Source of the DNA: Alphaproteobacteria bacterium
Lineage (GTDB): Bacteria > Pseudomonadota > Alphaproteobacteria > Bin95
Direction of reading: 5' to 3'
DNA: 64,000 bases
NCBI GenBank assembly: GCA_963665325.3
Contig: CAXXWS020000003.1
Coordinates: 64,001-128,000, forward strand
Part shown: one piece after another, positions 38,539 through 48,084 of the stretch
How the letters are laid out: each line of letters begins with the position of its first letter
Position numbering within the stretch: position 1 is the stretch's first letter
Translations under genes and position numbers: made by a program
Notes under the pieces: model-generated
Database searches by the model: none
What the model saw: only the letters and a program-made list of their open reading frames with translations
Told to the model about the DNA's origin: nothing

Positions 38539-39690
38539 TCAGGCGGCCTCCAGGCCGAGCGCATCCCTCACCTGGGCATGGAAATGCGCGAGCGCGGGCT
38601 CGTTGCGCCCGAAGGTGATGTGGCTCTGCGCCAGTGAGTGAAAGCCGCGCTGCATGTCCTCGCCCACGGGGAAGTCCTCCAGCTCGACCGTGCGCATCAG
38701 CAGGTCGAAATTATTGTCCCAGTGGCGCCGTGCGCTGTCGGTCAGCGCCGGCTCGGGCGTGTAGAGCGAGATTCGCATGACGCATCGGTCCGGGTCGCCC
38801 GGCACCGGGAAGACATGCCAGGTCTCGATATGGTCGCCCTGCACGAGGAACACCGTGTTCGGGAAGAGCACATAAACGACGACCGTGTGGCGGATTACGT
38901 CCCAGTCCGTTTCCGGCTGGGCGCGCATCTCCTCGATGGACCGCCGGGCGCCGGTCATGCGCAGATGCCGGCCCATCGGGTCGAACGCGCAGAGGTTGGT
39001 GTGGATGATCGGGTGGATCGTCTCGGTGTGCAGTGTCGAGAGGTGGTAGGTCTCGAGGAAGGTATCTACCAGCAGCTTCCAGTTGAACGCCCGGCTCCGC
39101 TCGCGCGTCTCGTAGTGGTGGTAGCCGGCAAGGCCGTAGGCGGCGAGGTCGCCTGCGACCGGCCCGAGATGCGCGTCGAGGTCAAGGTCGCCGCCCGGCG
39201 TTGCCGAGGCCCAGATAATGCCGTCGCGCTCGATGCAGGGGATTTCGGTAAGGCCGCTGGTCGCCTTCTCGACCTCCGCGAAGGACTGCTCGTCCGGGCG
39301 CGACAACAGCTTCCCGTCGAGCCCGTAGGTCCAGGCGTGGTAGGGGCAGGTGAAGGCGGATGCGTGGCCGCAGCCCTGGGCGAGCTTGGCGCCCCGGTGG
39401 CGGCAGACATTCAGGAAGCCGCCGAGGCTGCCGTCCCGCTGGCGGACGAACAGCAGCGGGTCGCCGGAATGGTCGTGGGCGAGGAAGTCGCCCGGCTCCG
39501 GCAGCAGGCAGGACAGGCCGATGGCGAGCGGCATGCGGCGGAAGAACGACCGTTCCTCCGCGGCGAGTTGCTCGCGGCAGGTGTAGTCCTCCACGCCGAG
39601 GCGGAACACCGCACCCGTCCGGTCGGTGGATTTCGCGTCGAGATGCGCGAGCAGCCTGTGTCCGACCCTGATCTGCTCGGCCCGCTCCAT
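38539..39690 (-). CDS. Rieske aromatic ring-hydroxylating oxygenase alpha subunit
   Basis: NVCRHRG...CPYHAW Rieske motif; NWKLLVDTFLETYHLSTLH mononuclear Fe site. Confidence 0.92.
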   Translation of the reverse strand: MERAEQIRVGHRLLAHLDAKSTDRTGAVFRLGVEDYTCREQLAAEERSFFRRMPLAIGLSCLLPEPGDFLAHDHSGDPLLFVRQRDGSLGGFLNVCRHRGAKLAQGCGHASAFTCPYHAWTYGLDGKLLSRPDEQSFAEVEKATSGLTEIPCIERDGIIWASATPGGDLDLDAHLGPVAGDLAAYGLAGYHHYETRERSRAFNWKLLVDTFLETYHLSTLHTETIHPIIHTNLCAFDPMGRHLRMTGARRSIEEMRAQPETDWDVIRHTVVVYVLFPNTVFLVQGDHIETWHVFPVPGDPDRCVMRISLYTPEPALTDSARRHWDNNFDLLMRTVELEDFPVGEDMQRGFHSLAQSHITFGRNEPALAHFHAQVRDALGLEAA

Positions 39691-39765
39691 GGCCCCTTTC
39701 CCCCTTGCTTTTTCGGCGCGGGCGGAATGTGGCAGCCCCCGCGCCGCCGCGCAACCGGCCTGCCC

Positions 39766-40323
39766 TCAGGCGTGCTCTTCCGCTGCCGTCAGCAGCCGAA
39801 GCGCCTCGTCCGCGTCTTCGGCGAAGGCGGTGCTTTCGAGCAGTTCCGGCGAGGTGAAGCCCGCGCGCTCCATCTCAGAAAGCAGGCGGGACAGCGGTGA
39901 CCAGAAGGCGCGGTCTACCAGGATCACGGGCTTGCGGTGCAGGTCCAGGCTGATCCAGGACAGCGCTTCGGCGACTTCGTCGAGCGTGCCTATCCCGCCG
40001 GGCAGGACGAGGAAGGCGTCCGACCGGCTGTGCATCTCGGCCTTGCGCTCATGCATGGACCGGGTCACCAGCAGTTCCGTAAGGCCGGTATGCATCACCT
40101 CCCGCTCATGCAGGAACTCGGGAATGATGCCCACCACCTCGCCGCCGGCCGCCAGTGCGGCATCGGCAAGGACGCCCATGAGCCCCACATGTCCGCCGCC
40201 ATAGACGGTGCGCAGCCCGGCTTCGGCGATGCGCCGGCCGGTCTCTTCCGCGAGCGCGCGGCGCTCTGGCCGGTTCCCGACCCTGGAACCGCAGAACACG
40301 CAAACACTCTCGATCTTCGTCAT
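39766..40323 (-). CDS. LOG family protein (TIGR00730)
   Basis: VCVFCGS, VYGGGHVGLMG, SMHERK, LPGGIGTLDE. Confidence 0.93.
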   Translation of the reverse strand: MTKIESVCVFCGSRVGNRPERRALAEETGRRIAEAGLRTVYGGGHVGLMGVLADAALAAGGEVVGIIPEFLHEREVMHTGLTELLVTRSMHERKAEMHSRSDAFLVLPGGIGTLDEVAEALSWISLDLHRKPVILVDRAFWSPLSRLLSEMERAGFTSPELLESTAFAEDADEALRLLTAAEEHA

Positions 40324-40386
40324 GTCGAACCTTTCATCGACGGATAGCGCGGTCTATGTTGCCATCGTAACGAAACGGCGGCGTTC

Positions 40387-42963
40387 GTGGCCCGTATTAT
40401 TCCCATAGCCATCGTCGGCCTGGCACTGGTCCTCTATGCCTTGTGGCGGGGCGCCTACCCCGACCTGTTCGAGGAGGCTGGGCCGCCGCCCGCGCAGACA
40501 GCGGCGGTGCCTGCCGAGACGGCGACGGAGCCCGCCGCGGAGGCTCCGGCCGCGACCGAGGCGCCGAAGGCGTCCGACCGCGAGCCTGAAGCGGCGCCCG
40601 CCGAGCTGCCGGCAACGCCGCAACTCGACGTCGTGCGCATCGACAAGGACGGCGACACCGTGATTGCCGGCAAGGCCGAACCCGGCGCGTCGGTGACCAT
40701 CGCCACCCAGGACCGGACCCTTGCCGTGGTCAAGGCCGACGACCGCGGCAAATGGGTCGCGCTCCCGGAAAAGCCGCTGCCCGCAGGCGACCATGCGGTG
40801 ACGATCGAAGCGACGGGCAAGGACGGCAAGACGGAAGTCGGCGACAAGACGATCATTGTGTCGATCCCGGAGGGGAACACGGGCGAGAAGCCGCTGGTGG
40901 TCGCCGTTCCTACAAAGGATTTCGGCGCGAGCGAGGTTCTCCAGCGGCCCGGGCCGCCACCCGGCGCCGAGGAGCCGGCCGGCATCGGCCGCGAGCCGCC
41001 GCCCGACGCTCCGGCTCCATCCGAAAAGCCGATCGTCGTGGCGGAGGCGCCGAAGGCGCTGGCGCAACCGGCCGGGACCGTTACTGTGGCCCCGGAGTCG
41101 CAGCGGGCGGAGACAGCGGACGAAGGTGCGACAGAAAGCAGCGGAGCCGACAAGCCGACTGTCGTGGCCGGGACGCCTGCAACGCGCGCCGCACAGCCCG
41201 CGCAACCGGACAGAGCCGCTGCGCTCGAGGACGAAGTCGGCAAACCGCCGACGGACGCGCAGGCCTCGGCGGGCAGCTCCGAGGCCCCGTCCGGGCAGCA
41301 GCAGGCGACTGCCGCGCCGGATAGGGAGGCGTTGCCGGAGAGCAAGGCCGGCGAAGCCCCCGCGGCCGTGGCCGGAACGGTAGCGAAGCCGGGCGTGAAC
41401 AAGCTCGCGCCCGGCGAGGGCAAGTCCGGCGAAAGCCCCGCGGCCGTGGCCGGAACGGTGGCGAAGCCGAGCGTGAACAAGCTCGCGCCCGACGACGGCA
41501 AGTCCGAGGAATCCCCTGCGGCCGTGGCCGGAACGGTGGCAAAGCCGAGCGTGAACAAGCTCGCGCCCGACGACGGCAAGTCCGAGGAATCCCCTGCGAG
41601 GGTGGCGGAAACGGTGGCGAAACCGGGCGTGAACAAGCCCGCGCCCCGGGACGGCAAGTCCGGCGAAGCCCCCGCGGCCGTGGCAGAAACGGTGGCGAAG
41701 CCGGGCGTGAACAAGCTCGCGCCCGGCGACGGCAAGTCCGGCGAAGCCCCCGCGGCCATGGCCGGACCGGTGGCGAAGCCGGGCGTGAACAAGCTCGCGC
41801 CCGGCGACGGCAAGTCCGAGGAATCCCCTGCGGCCGTGGCCGGAACGGTGGCGAAGCCGAGCGTGAACAAGCTCGCGCCCGGCGACGGCAAGTCCGGCGA
41901 AGCCCCTGCGGCCGTGGCCGGAACGGTGGCGAAGCCGAGCGTGAACAAGCTCGCGCCCGACGACGGCAAGTCTGGCGAATCCCCTGCGGCCGTGGCCGGA
42001 ACGGCGGCGACGCCGGGTGCGGACAAGGCCGCGCCCGGCGACGGCAAGTCCGAGGAAGCCCCCGCGGCCGTGGCCGGAACGGCGGCGAAGCCGGGCGTGA
42101 ATAAGGCCGCGTCCGGGGACGGCAAGTCCGCTGAAGCCCCTGCAAGGGTGGCCAAGCCGAGCGTGAACAAGCTCGCGCCCCGGGACGGCAAGTCCGGCGA
42201 AACCCCCGCGGCCGTGGCGGAAACGGCGGCGACGCCCGGTGCGGACAAGGCTGCGCCGGGGGACAGCAGAGTCGACAAGCCCTCCGCCGTCGCCGGCAGA
42301 GCCGCCGAAGAGACGCAGCCGACCGGTCCCGCCGCCGCCCCGGCTGGCGGAGGGATGAAAAAGCCGCCTGCAGCAGTCGCCGAGGCTGCCCCTGCCCCGG
42401 CGCCATCGGGGACGGGGTCTCCTGCTCCGGCCGCAACCGCCCGGCAGCAGCAGGCGGCAGCCGCGCCGCAGCCGCCGCAGAAGGGCGTTTCGGTCGATTC
42501 GGTCGACTATGACGACCAGGGCAATCTCGCGCTTGCAGGCAAGGCGGAGCCCGGATCGGTCGTCGAGCCGAAAATCGCGTCCGGGGGCGCCGGATCCGAA
42601 TCGCTTGGCAAGGTCCGGGCGGACGAGAAGGGCGAGTGGCGCCTCGAGGTCGAACGCCCGGTCGCTCCCGGCCGCTACGACCTCACCGTCGAGGAACGCA
42701 CTCCGGAAGGTACGCCGCGCTCGCGCATCCGCCTGCCGTTCGAGCGGGCGGACCCGATCGCCGACTTCCCCGCGGGCGCGGTCGTGGTCGTCCAGCCCGG
42801 CAACAGCCTCTGGCGCATCGCCCGCAAGATCTACGGGCGCGGCGTCCGTTACACGGTCATCTACGCCGCGAACCGGACGCAGATCGGCAATCCCAACCTG
42901 ATCTTCCCGGGACAGATCTTCACGGTGCCGCAGGAAAATCGGCCCGACCGCGTACCGGGCTAG
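40387..42963 (+). CDS. Membrane-anchored LysM peptidoglycan-binding protein with Ig-like domains and an internal repeat array
   Basis: N-terminal TM helix; LDVVRIDKDGDTVIAGKAEPG and VDSVDYDDQGNLALAG Ig-like modules; C-terminal VVVQPGNSLWRIARKIYG...NPNLIFPGQ LysM. Confidence 0.88.
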   Translation: MARIIPIAIVGLALVLYALWRGAYPDLFEEAGPPPAQTAAVPAETATEPAAEAPAATEAPKASDREPEAAPAELPATPQLDVVRIDKDGDTVIAGKAEPGASVTIATQDRTLAVVKADDRGKWVALPEKPLPAGDHAVTIEATGKDGKTEVGDKTIIVSIPEGNTGEKPLVVAVPTKDFGASEVLQRPGPPPGAEEPAGIGREPPPDAPAPSEKPIVVAEAPKALAQPAGTVTVAPESQRAETADEGATESSGADKPTVVAGTPATRAAQPAQPDRAAALEDEVGKPPTDAQASAGSSEAPSGQQQATAAPDREALPESKAGEAPAAVAGTVAKPGVNKLAPGEGKSGESPAAVAGTVAKPSVNKLAPDDGKSEESPAAVAGTVAKPSVNKLAPDDGKSEESPARVAETVAKPGVNKPAPRDGKSGEAPAAVAETVAKPGVNKLAPGDGKSGEAPAAMAGPVAKPGVNKLAPGDGKSEESPAAVAGTVAKPSVNKLAPGDGKSGEAPAAVAGTVAKPSVNKLAPDDGKSGESPAAVAGTAATPGADKAAPGDGKSEEAPAAVAGTAAKPGVNKAASGDGKSAEAPARVAKPSVNKLAPRDGKSGETPAAVAETAATPGADKAAPGDSRVDKPSAVAGRAAEETQPTGPAAAPAGGGMKKPPAAVAEAAPAPAPSGTGSPAPAATARQQQAAAAPQPPQKGVSVDSVDYDDQGNLALAGKAEPGSVVEPKIASGGAGSESLGKVRADEKGEWRLEVERPVAPGRYDLTVEERTPEGTPRSRIRLPFERADPIADFPAGAVVVVQPGNSLWRIARKIYGRGVRYTVIYAANRTQIGNPNLIFPGQIFTVPQENRPDRVPG
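41341..42264 (+). repeat. Coding tandem repeat, 12 units of 78 bp (26 aa; unit 11 is 66 bp)
   Basis: Unit consensus GKSGE(S/A)PAAVAGTVAKP(G/S)VNKLAP(G/D)D; GGCAAGTC recurs every 78 bp. Confidence 0.95.
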
Positions 42964-42973
42964 GCGTACCGGG

Positions 42974-43195
42974 TCAGGCCGCGGCGCGCGCCGCCTCGCG
43001 CTCCTCGTCGGGATCGCGATAAGCCATCTCGACATGGCGGGCGCAATAGGAATGCGGCGCCAGCGTCGGTGCGCCGCAATAGCGGAACGTCTCGTCGTCC
43101 TGCGGGTCGCCGAACGGCCATTGGCAGTTGCGGAAGGGCGATTGCGTCGCGGTTTCGGGCAGGGAGCGCACGGAGGCGCCTTTGGCAGCGGACAT
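42974..43195 (-). CDS. Small GcrA-family protein (C-terminal Cys/His module only)
   Basis: CQWPFGDP...FRYCG...SYCARH..AY matches the GcrA C-terminal motif. Confidence 0.75.
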   Translation of the reverse strand: MSAAKGASVRSLPETATQSPFRNCQWPFGDPQDDETFRYCGAPTLAPHSYCARHVEMAYRDPDEEREAARAAA

Positions 43196-43372
43196 GGGTC
43201 ATGTCTCCGAAGAGATGGTGCGTTGCAGCGGAGAATGTTGCATTGCAGCATGCGGGTCAAGCGGTTTCGTTCGCGCCCGCAATACCGGTGCGTTTGCGGC
43301 AGAATGGGGCGGCTAGGCGGGAATTCAAGGCCCCGTCGCGGAAAAAAGTAATTTCAATTACGCTCGCCGCAC

Positions 43373-44608
43373 ATGCAGGACCTTTCGCGACTGCCGGCCT
43401 GGCCGGGTCCCAGCCTCACGCGCGTGCCGTTCGAGGTTTACCGCGACCGGGCGCTCTACGAGGCGGAACAGGAGCGCCTGTTTCGCGGGCCCGCCTGGCA
43501 TTTCCTGTGCATGGAGGCGGAACTGCCGGAGCCTGCCTCCTGGCGCACCACCTTCGTCGGCGAAACGCCAGTGATCGTCAGCCGCGACGGACAGGGGGCG
43601 CTGCATGCCTTCGAGAACCGCTGCGCCCATCGCGGCGCGCTGATCTGCCTCGGCGAGGGCGGCAGCGGGCGGCGCATCCAGTGCGTCTATCACGCCTGGA
43701 ACTACGATCTCGAGGGCAATCTGCGCGGCGTGGCCTTCGAGGGTGGCATAGACGGCGCGGGCGGCATGCCGGAGGGCTTCGACAAGTCCCGGCACGGACC
43801 GCGCAAGCTTCGCGTCGCGGCATGGTGCGGGCTGGTATTCGGCACATTCAGCCCGGATGTGGCGGACTTGGAAATCTGGCTCGGCCCGGAAATATGCGCC
43901 CGGCTCGCCCGGGTGCTGGGCAAGCCGGTCAGGCTGCTTGGCCGCCACCGCCAGATGCTGCCGAACAACTGGAAGCTCTATGTCGAGAATGTGAAGGACA
44001 GCTACCACGCCAGCCTGCTGCATTCCTTCTTCGCCACCTTCCGGCTGAACCGCCTGACCCAGGAGGGCGGCGTGGAGGTGGACGAGAGCGGCGGGCACCA
44101 TGTGAGCTGGTCGCGCATGCAGACCGACCGGCCGAACGAAGACTATGAGAAAGGCGGGCTGCGCGCCTGGAAGGACGATTACGCGCTTGCCGACCCGCGC
44201 CTCATCCACGGCCGCGACGAGTTCGGCGACGGCGTCTCGCTCCAGATCCTGACCGTCTTCCCCACCTTCGTCTCGCAGCAGGTGCAGAACGCGCTGGCCG
44301 TGCGCCAGGTGGTCCCGAAGGGCGTGGACCGCACCGAACTGCTCTGGACCTATTACGGCTTCGAGGACGACGACCCCGAGCTTGCCGAACAGCGCCTGCT
44401 CCAGGCCAATCTGGTGGGGCCGGCGGGCTTCATCTCGATGGAGGACGGCGCGGTCGGCGGCTTCGTGCAGCGCGGCGCGGCGGGCGCGGACGGGCTCGAC
44501 AGCGTGGTCGAGATGGGCGGCGCCGGCACGGAAAGCCAGCGGGGCCGCGCCACCGAGACCTCGGTGCGCGGCTTCTGGAAGGCCTGGCGGGCGGTCATGG
44601 GGCTGTGA
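43373..44608 (+). CDS. Aromatic ring-hydroxylating oxygenase large subunit (salicylate/anthranilate/terephthalate group)
   Basis: ENRCAHRG...[50 protein letters not shown]. Confidence 0.92.
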   Translation: MQDLSRLPAWPGPSLTRVPFEVYRDRALYEAEQERLFRGPAWHFLCMEAELPEPASWRTTFVGETPVIVSRDGQGALHAFENRCAHRGALICLGEGGSGRRIQCVYHAWNYDLEGNLRGVAFEGGIDGAGGMPEGFDKSRHGPRKLRVAAWCGLVFGTFSPDVADLEIWLGPEICARLARVLGKPVRLLGRHRQMLPNNWKLYVENVKDSYHASLLHSFFATFRLNRLTQEGGVEVDESGGHHVSWSRMQTDRPNEDYEKGGLRAWKDDYALADPRLIHGRDEFGDGVSLQILTVFPTFVSQQVQNALAVRQVVPKGVDRTELLWTYYGFEDDDPELAEQRLLQANLVGPAGFISMEDGAVGGFVQRGAAGADGLDSVVEMGGAGTESQRGRATETSVRGFWKAWRAVMGL

Positions 44609-45057
44609 GCGGCCTCCAGGACGAGGTGGACGGCCTGTTCGCGCGCTACGCCATGGCCATAGACGACGACCGGCTGGAGGACTGGCTTGAGCTGTTCGCG
44701 GAGGACTGCCGCTACCGCATCGCCTCGCGCGACAATTTCGAGGCCGGCCTGCCGGTCTCGGTGGTCTATGCCGACGGGCGCGCCATGCTGGCCGACCGCG
44801 TGGCGGCGCTCCGCCGGGCGAATATCTACGAGGCGCAGCGCTACCGCCATGTGATCGGGCGCGCGCTGGTGGACGCGGGGCCGCCCGTCACCGCGCGCGC
44901 CGGCTACCATGTCGCGCGCATCATGCGCGAGGGCGATGTCATGCTGTTCAGCACCGGCGAATACCGCGCCGCCTTCGACGAGACGCTGCGTATCCGTGAG
45001 ATGACCGTGGTGTACGACAATGCCCGTATCGACACCCTTCTGGCGCTGCCGCTGTGA
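44605..45057 (+). CDS. Aromatic ring-hydroxylating oxygenase small subunit
   Basis: [38 protein letters not shown]; start overlaps the large-subunit stop. Confidence 0.9.
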   Translation: MSGLQDEVDGLFARYAMAIDDDRLEDWLELFAEDCRYRIASRDNFEAGLPVSVVYADGRAMLADRVAALRRANIYEAQRYRHVIGRALVDAGPPVTARAGYHVARIMREGDVMLFSTGEYRAAFDETLRIREMTVVYDNARIDTLLALPL

Positions 45058-45347
45058 CGGGCGAGGAGGCCAGGGACGAACTGCTCATCCGGGGCGCACT
45101 GGAGCTCTGGGGCGCGGAGCCCGAAGGCGTGGCGGCTGCGCGCGAGGAGACGCCGCTCGGGGCCGCCTGGCGGGTCACGGGGCCGGACGGGCTGAGCCGC
45201 CTGCATCCCTCGATCTCGGGCGCGCTCCGCCATCTGCGTGCGCTCGTCGCGCCGGAGCGCCGGGCCAGCCGCGTGCTGTTCATGCGCCACCCCGCCGACG
45301 GGGTGAATCCGGATATCTCCGGCGATAGGGCGGCGGACCCCGAATGA
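45054..45347 (+). CDS. Hypothetical protein
   Basis: Fills the gap with 4-bp overlaps to both neighbours; no motif recognised. Confidence 0.6.
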   Translation: MTGEEARDELLIRGALELWGAEPEGVAAAREETPLGAAWRVTGPDGLSRLHPSISGALRHLRALVAPERRASRVLFMRHPADGVNPDISGDRAADPE

Positions 45348-46261
45348 GCCGCGTCATCGCCATCACGGGCTTTCTCGGTTCCGGCAAGACGACCTTGCTG
45401 AAGGCCCTGCTTGCGCATGAGGCGCTCGGCGGCGACGGGGTGATCGTCAACGAGTTCGGCGATGTCGGCATCGATCATGCGCTGCTGGAGGCGGGCGAGG
45501 AGGAGCTGGTGGAGCTGGACTCCGGGTGCCTGTGCTGCGCAGCGAGGGGCGACATTCCCGCCGCTGTCGCCCGCCTGCAGGCGCAGCGGCCCTGCGAGCG
45601 CATCTGGCTGGAGACGAGCGGCCTCGCCGACCCCGCGCCTATCCTCCAGACGCTGATCGCCGCACACGGCCTCGAAGCGGGCGGCCTCGCCGCGACGGTC
45701 GATGCGGTGAACGGCGCGGAGACGCTTGCGCGCTATCCCGAGGCGGTGAAGCAGGCGGCGCTGGCGGACCTGCTGATCGTCACCAAGCGCGACCTCGCCC
45801 CGGCGGACGATCTCGAAGCCCGCCTCCGCCGGCTCAACCCGGGCGCGGAGATTGTCGAGGCGAGCTTCGGCGCGCTCGACCCGGGACGCCTGCTGGAGAT
45901 CACGCCCCGGCTCGACGCGCCCGACGGCCACGACCACGCCGCCGGCATCTCGACCTTCACGCTGCGGCGCGCCGAGCCCGTCCCCGCCGTCGCGCTCACG
46001 CTCTTCCTGGAGACGCTGGCCGACGCGGCGGGGCCGGACCTCTTGCGCCTCAAGGGCCTCGTGCGGATCGCCGAGGCGCCGGAGCAGCCCGTCGTCGTGC
46101 ATGGCGTGCAGCATGTTTTCCATCCGCTGGAGCGGCTTTCGCGCTGGCCGGGGGCCGACCGCACCACGAGACTGGTCGTCATCGGGCGCGGTATCCGGCA
46201 GGATTGGGCCGATGCGCTTCTGGAAGCGCTCATCGAGGAGGTTGAAGCATGTTCGATCTGA
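45344..46261 (+). CDS. CobW/COG0523 family metal-chaperone GTPase
   Basis: ITGFLGSGKTTLL, VNEFGDVGIDH, GCLCC, ETSGLADP, LLRLKG, VHGVQH. Confidence 0.92.
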   Translation: MSRVIAITGFLGSGKTTLLKALLAHEALGGDGVIVNEFGDVGIDHALLEAGEEELVELDSGCLCCAARGDIPAAVARLQAQRPCERIWLETSGLADPAPILQTLIAAHGLEAGGLAATVDAVNGAETLARYPEAVKQAALADLLIVTKRDLAPADDLEARLRRLNPGAEIVEASFGALDPGRLLEITPRLDAPDGHDHAAGISTFTLRRAEPVPAVALTLFLETLADAAGPDLLRLKGLVRIAEAPEQPVVVHGVQHVFHPLERLSRWPGADRTTRLVVIGRGIRQDWADALLEALIEEVEACSI

Positions 46262-47673
46262 TCCTGCGCAGCGACCGGGTGGTGACGCCGCAAGGCGTGG
46301 GCGCGCACGATGTGGCGGTCTCGGGCGAGCGCATCGCGGCCGTGGCCGAGCGGGGCGCGATCCCGGACGACTCCGCCCGTCGGGTCGTGGACGCCACGGG
46401 CCGGATCGTCATGCCGGGCGGCATCGACCCGCATGTGCACTGCCTCTGGCACCTGCCGCTGCCCGACGGCACGGCGATGCTGACCGACCCGCCCTCCGTG
46501 GTGAGCCGCGCCGCGCTCCACGGCGGCACCACGACGATGATCGACTTCGCCGCCCGCCAGGAGCCGCTGCCGCTGAAGGAGGTGATCGCCCGGCGCGACG
46601 CGGACTGGGACGGCGCCTGCTATTGCGACTACGCCTACCATGTGATGCTGCTCGGCGACATTCCGCCGGAGACGGTCTCCGAACTGGAAGGCGTGATCGC
46701 GGACGGCTATCCGACGGTCAAGATCTTCACCACCGACATCACGCCGTCCAGGCGCGGACGGATGGTGCATTTCGGAGACATCTGGGAGGTCTTCAAGGCT
46801 ATTACCCGCGCGGGCGGCCTCGGCGTCATCCATGCCGAGGACAACGACATCGTCATGCACATGTACGAGACCCTGATCCGCGAGGGCAGGGTCGGCTTCG
46901 AGAACATGGCGGAGGTCCACAACGCGCTCTCGGAGGACCTGTCCTTCCGCCGCGTGCTGAGGCTGGCGGAGGCCGGGAGGACGCCGCTCTACATGATGCA
47001 TGTGAGCGCGGCGACCGGCGTGCAGGCGATCCGCGAGGCCCGCGCCAAGGGCAGCCCGATCTACGGCGAGACGCTCCACCAGTACATGCTCTACAACAGC
47101 GACGACTACAAACGCCCGAACGGCCAGATCTACCACACCTATCCCTCGCTCAAGTCCCCGGAAGACCAGGCGGCGCTCTGGGCCGGCACGCTCGACGGCG
47201 CGATCAACTGCGTCGCAACCGACGAGATCTGCTGCACGCTCAAGGTCAAGACCATCGGCAACCGCATCGACGACACCACGGGCGGCAATGCCGGCGTCGA
47301 GCCGCGCATGGGCGTGATGTATGACGAGATGGTGACAAAGCGCGGCTACAGCCTGGAGCGTTATGCGGACCTGGTCTCGACCAACGCCGCCAAGATCATG
47401 GGCCTCTGGCCCCGCAAGGGCGCACTGGCTCCCGGCTCCGACGCCGACATCTGCGTGCTCGACCCCGAGGCGCGCGGCACCGTCCGCGCCGAAGACCTCC
47501 ACGAAGCCGACTACACCCCCTGGGAAGGCCACGCGATCACCGGCTGGCCCGCCATGACAATCCTGCGCGGGAAGGTGATGGTGGAAGACGGCAAGTTCCA
47601 CGGCGAGCCGGCAGACGGGAAGTATCTCAAGCGCGAGGTGACGGAGGCGGTGCGCGAGGGGCCAAGCCTGTAG
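46249..47673 (+). CDS. Dihydropyrimidinase/hydantoinase-like amidohydrolase
   Basis: MPGGIDPHVH, GGTTTMIDF, IHAED, MHVS, STNAAKIMGL, GSDADI. Confidence 0.88.
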   Translation: MFDLILRSDRVVTPQGVGAHDVAVSGERIAAVAERGAIPDDSARRVVDATGRIVMPGGIDPHVHCLWHLPLPDGTAMLTDPPSVVSRAALHGGTTTMIDFAARQEPLPLKEVIARRDADWDGACYCDYAYHVMLLGDIPPETVSELEGVIADGYPTVKIFTTDITPSRRGRMVHFGDIWEVFKAITRAGGLGVIHAEDNDIVMHMYETLIREGRVGFENMAEVHNALSEDLSFRRVLRLAEAGRTPLYMMHVSAATGVQAIREARAKGSPIYGETLHQYMLYNSDDYKRPNGQIYHTYPSLKSPEDQAALWAGTLDGAINCVATDEICCTLKVKTIGNRIDDTTGGNAGVEPRMGVMYDEMVTKRGYSLERYADLVSTNAAKIMGLWPRKGALAPGSDADICVLDPEARGTVRAEDLHEADYTPWEGHAITGWPAMTILRGKVMVEDGKFHGEPADGKYLKREVTEAVREGPSL

Positions 47674-47685
47674 GGGGGCTGCGTC

Positions 47686-47969
47686 ATGCTCATGCACGAC
47701 CCGTCCATCCCGGCGGCGTGATCCGGCGGCAATGTCTCGATCCGATGGAATTGACGGTGACCGAAACCGCCAAGGGCCTTGCGGTATCGCGCACCACGCT
47801 CTCCATGCTCCTCAACGGCCGCCTCGGAATTTCTCCCGAAATAGCGCTCCGGCTTTCGGAGGCTTTCGGAAGCGGCCCGGAAAGCTGGCTGCTTCAGCAG
47901 ATGCAATACGACCTCTGGCAGGCGAAGGCGAACCGCGGGCAGGTCGCCATCCGCAGATTCGCCGCGTGA
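47686..47969 (+). pseudogene. HigA-family antitoxin with an apparent 1-nt frameshift near codon 7
   Basis: MLMHDP then a frame change to HPGGVIRRQCLDPMELTVTETAKGLAVSRTTLS...ISPEIALRLSEAFGSGPESWLLQQMQYDLW; no toxin gene upstream. Confidence 0.7.
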
Positions 47970-48084
47970 ACCCCGCGCTGCCGCCCGAAGGACTGCCGTT
48001 TCTTCCGCTTGACCGGCAGGCGCGTTCGGAGAAGGCTGCTGGCGTGGCGAACGGGGACAGGGAATCGGCGGCGGAAGGGTTGCG

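Noticed and set aside
40354-43260. Long minus-strand repeat ORFs, or a CRISPR-like reading of the 78-bp repeats
   Set aside because: The repeats are contiguous without unique spacers and in frame within the LysM gene; the antisense ORFs are shadows.
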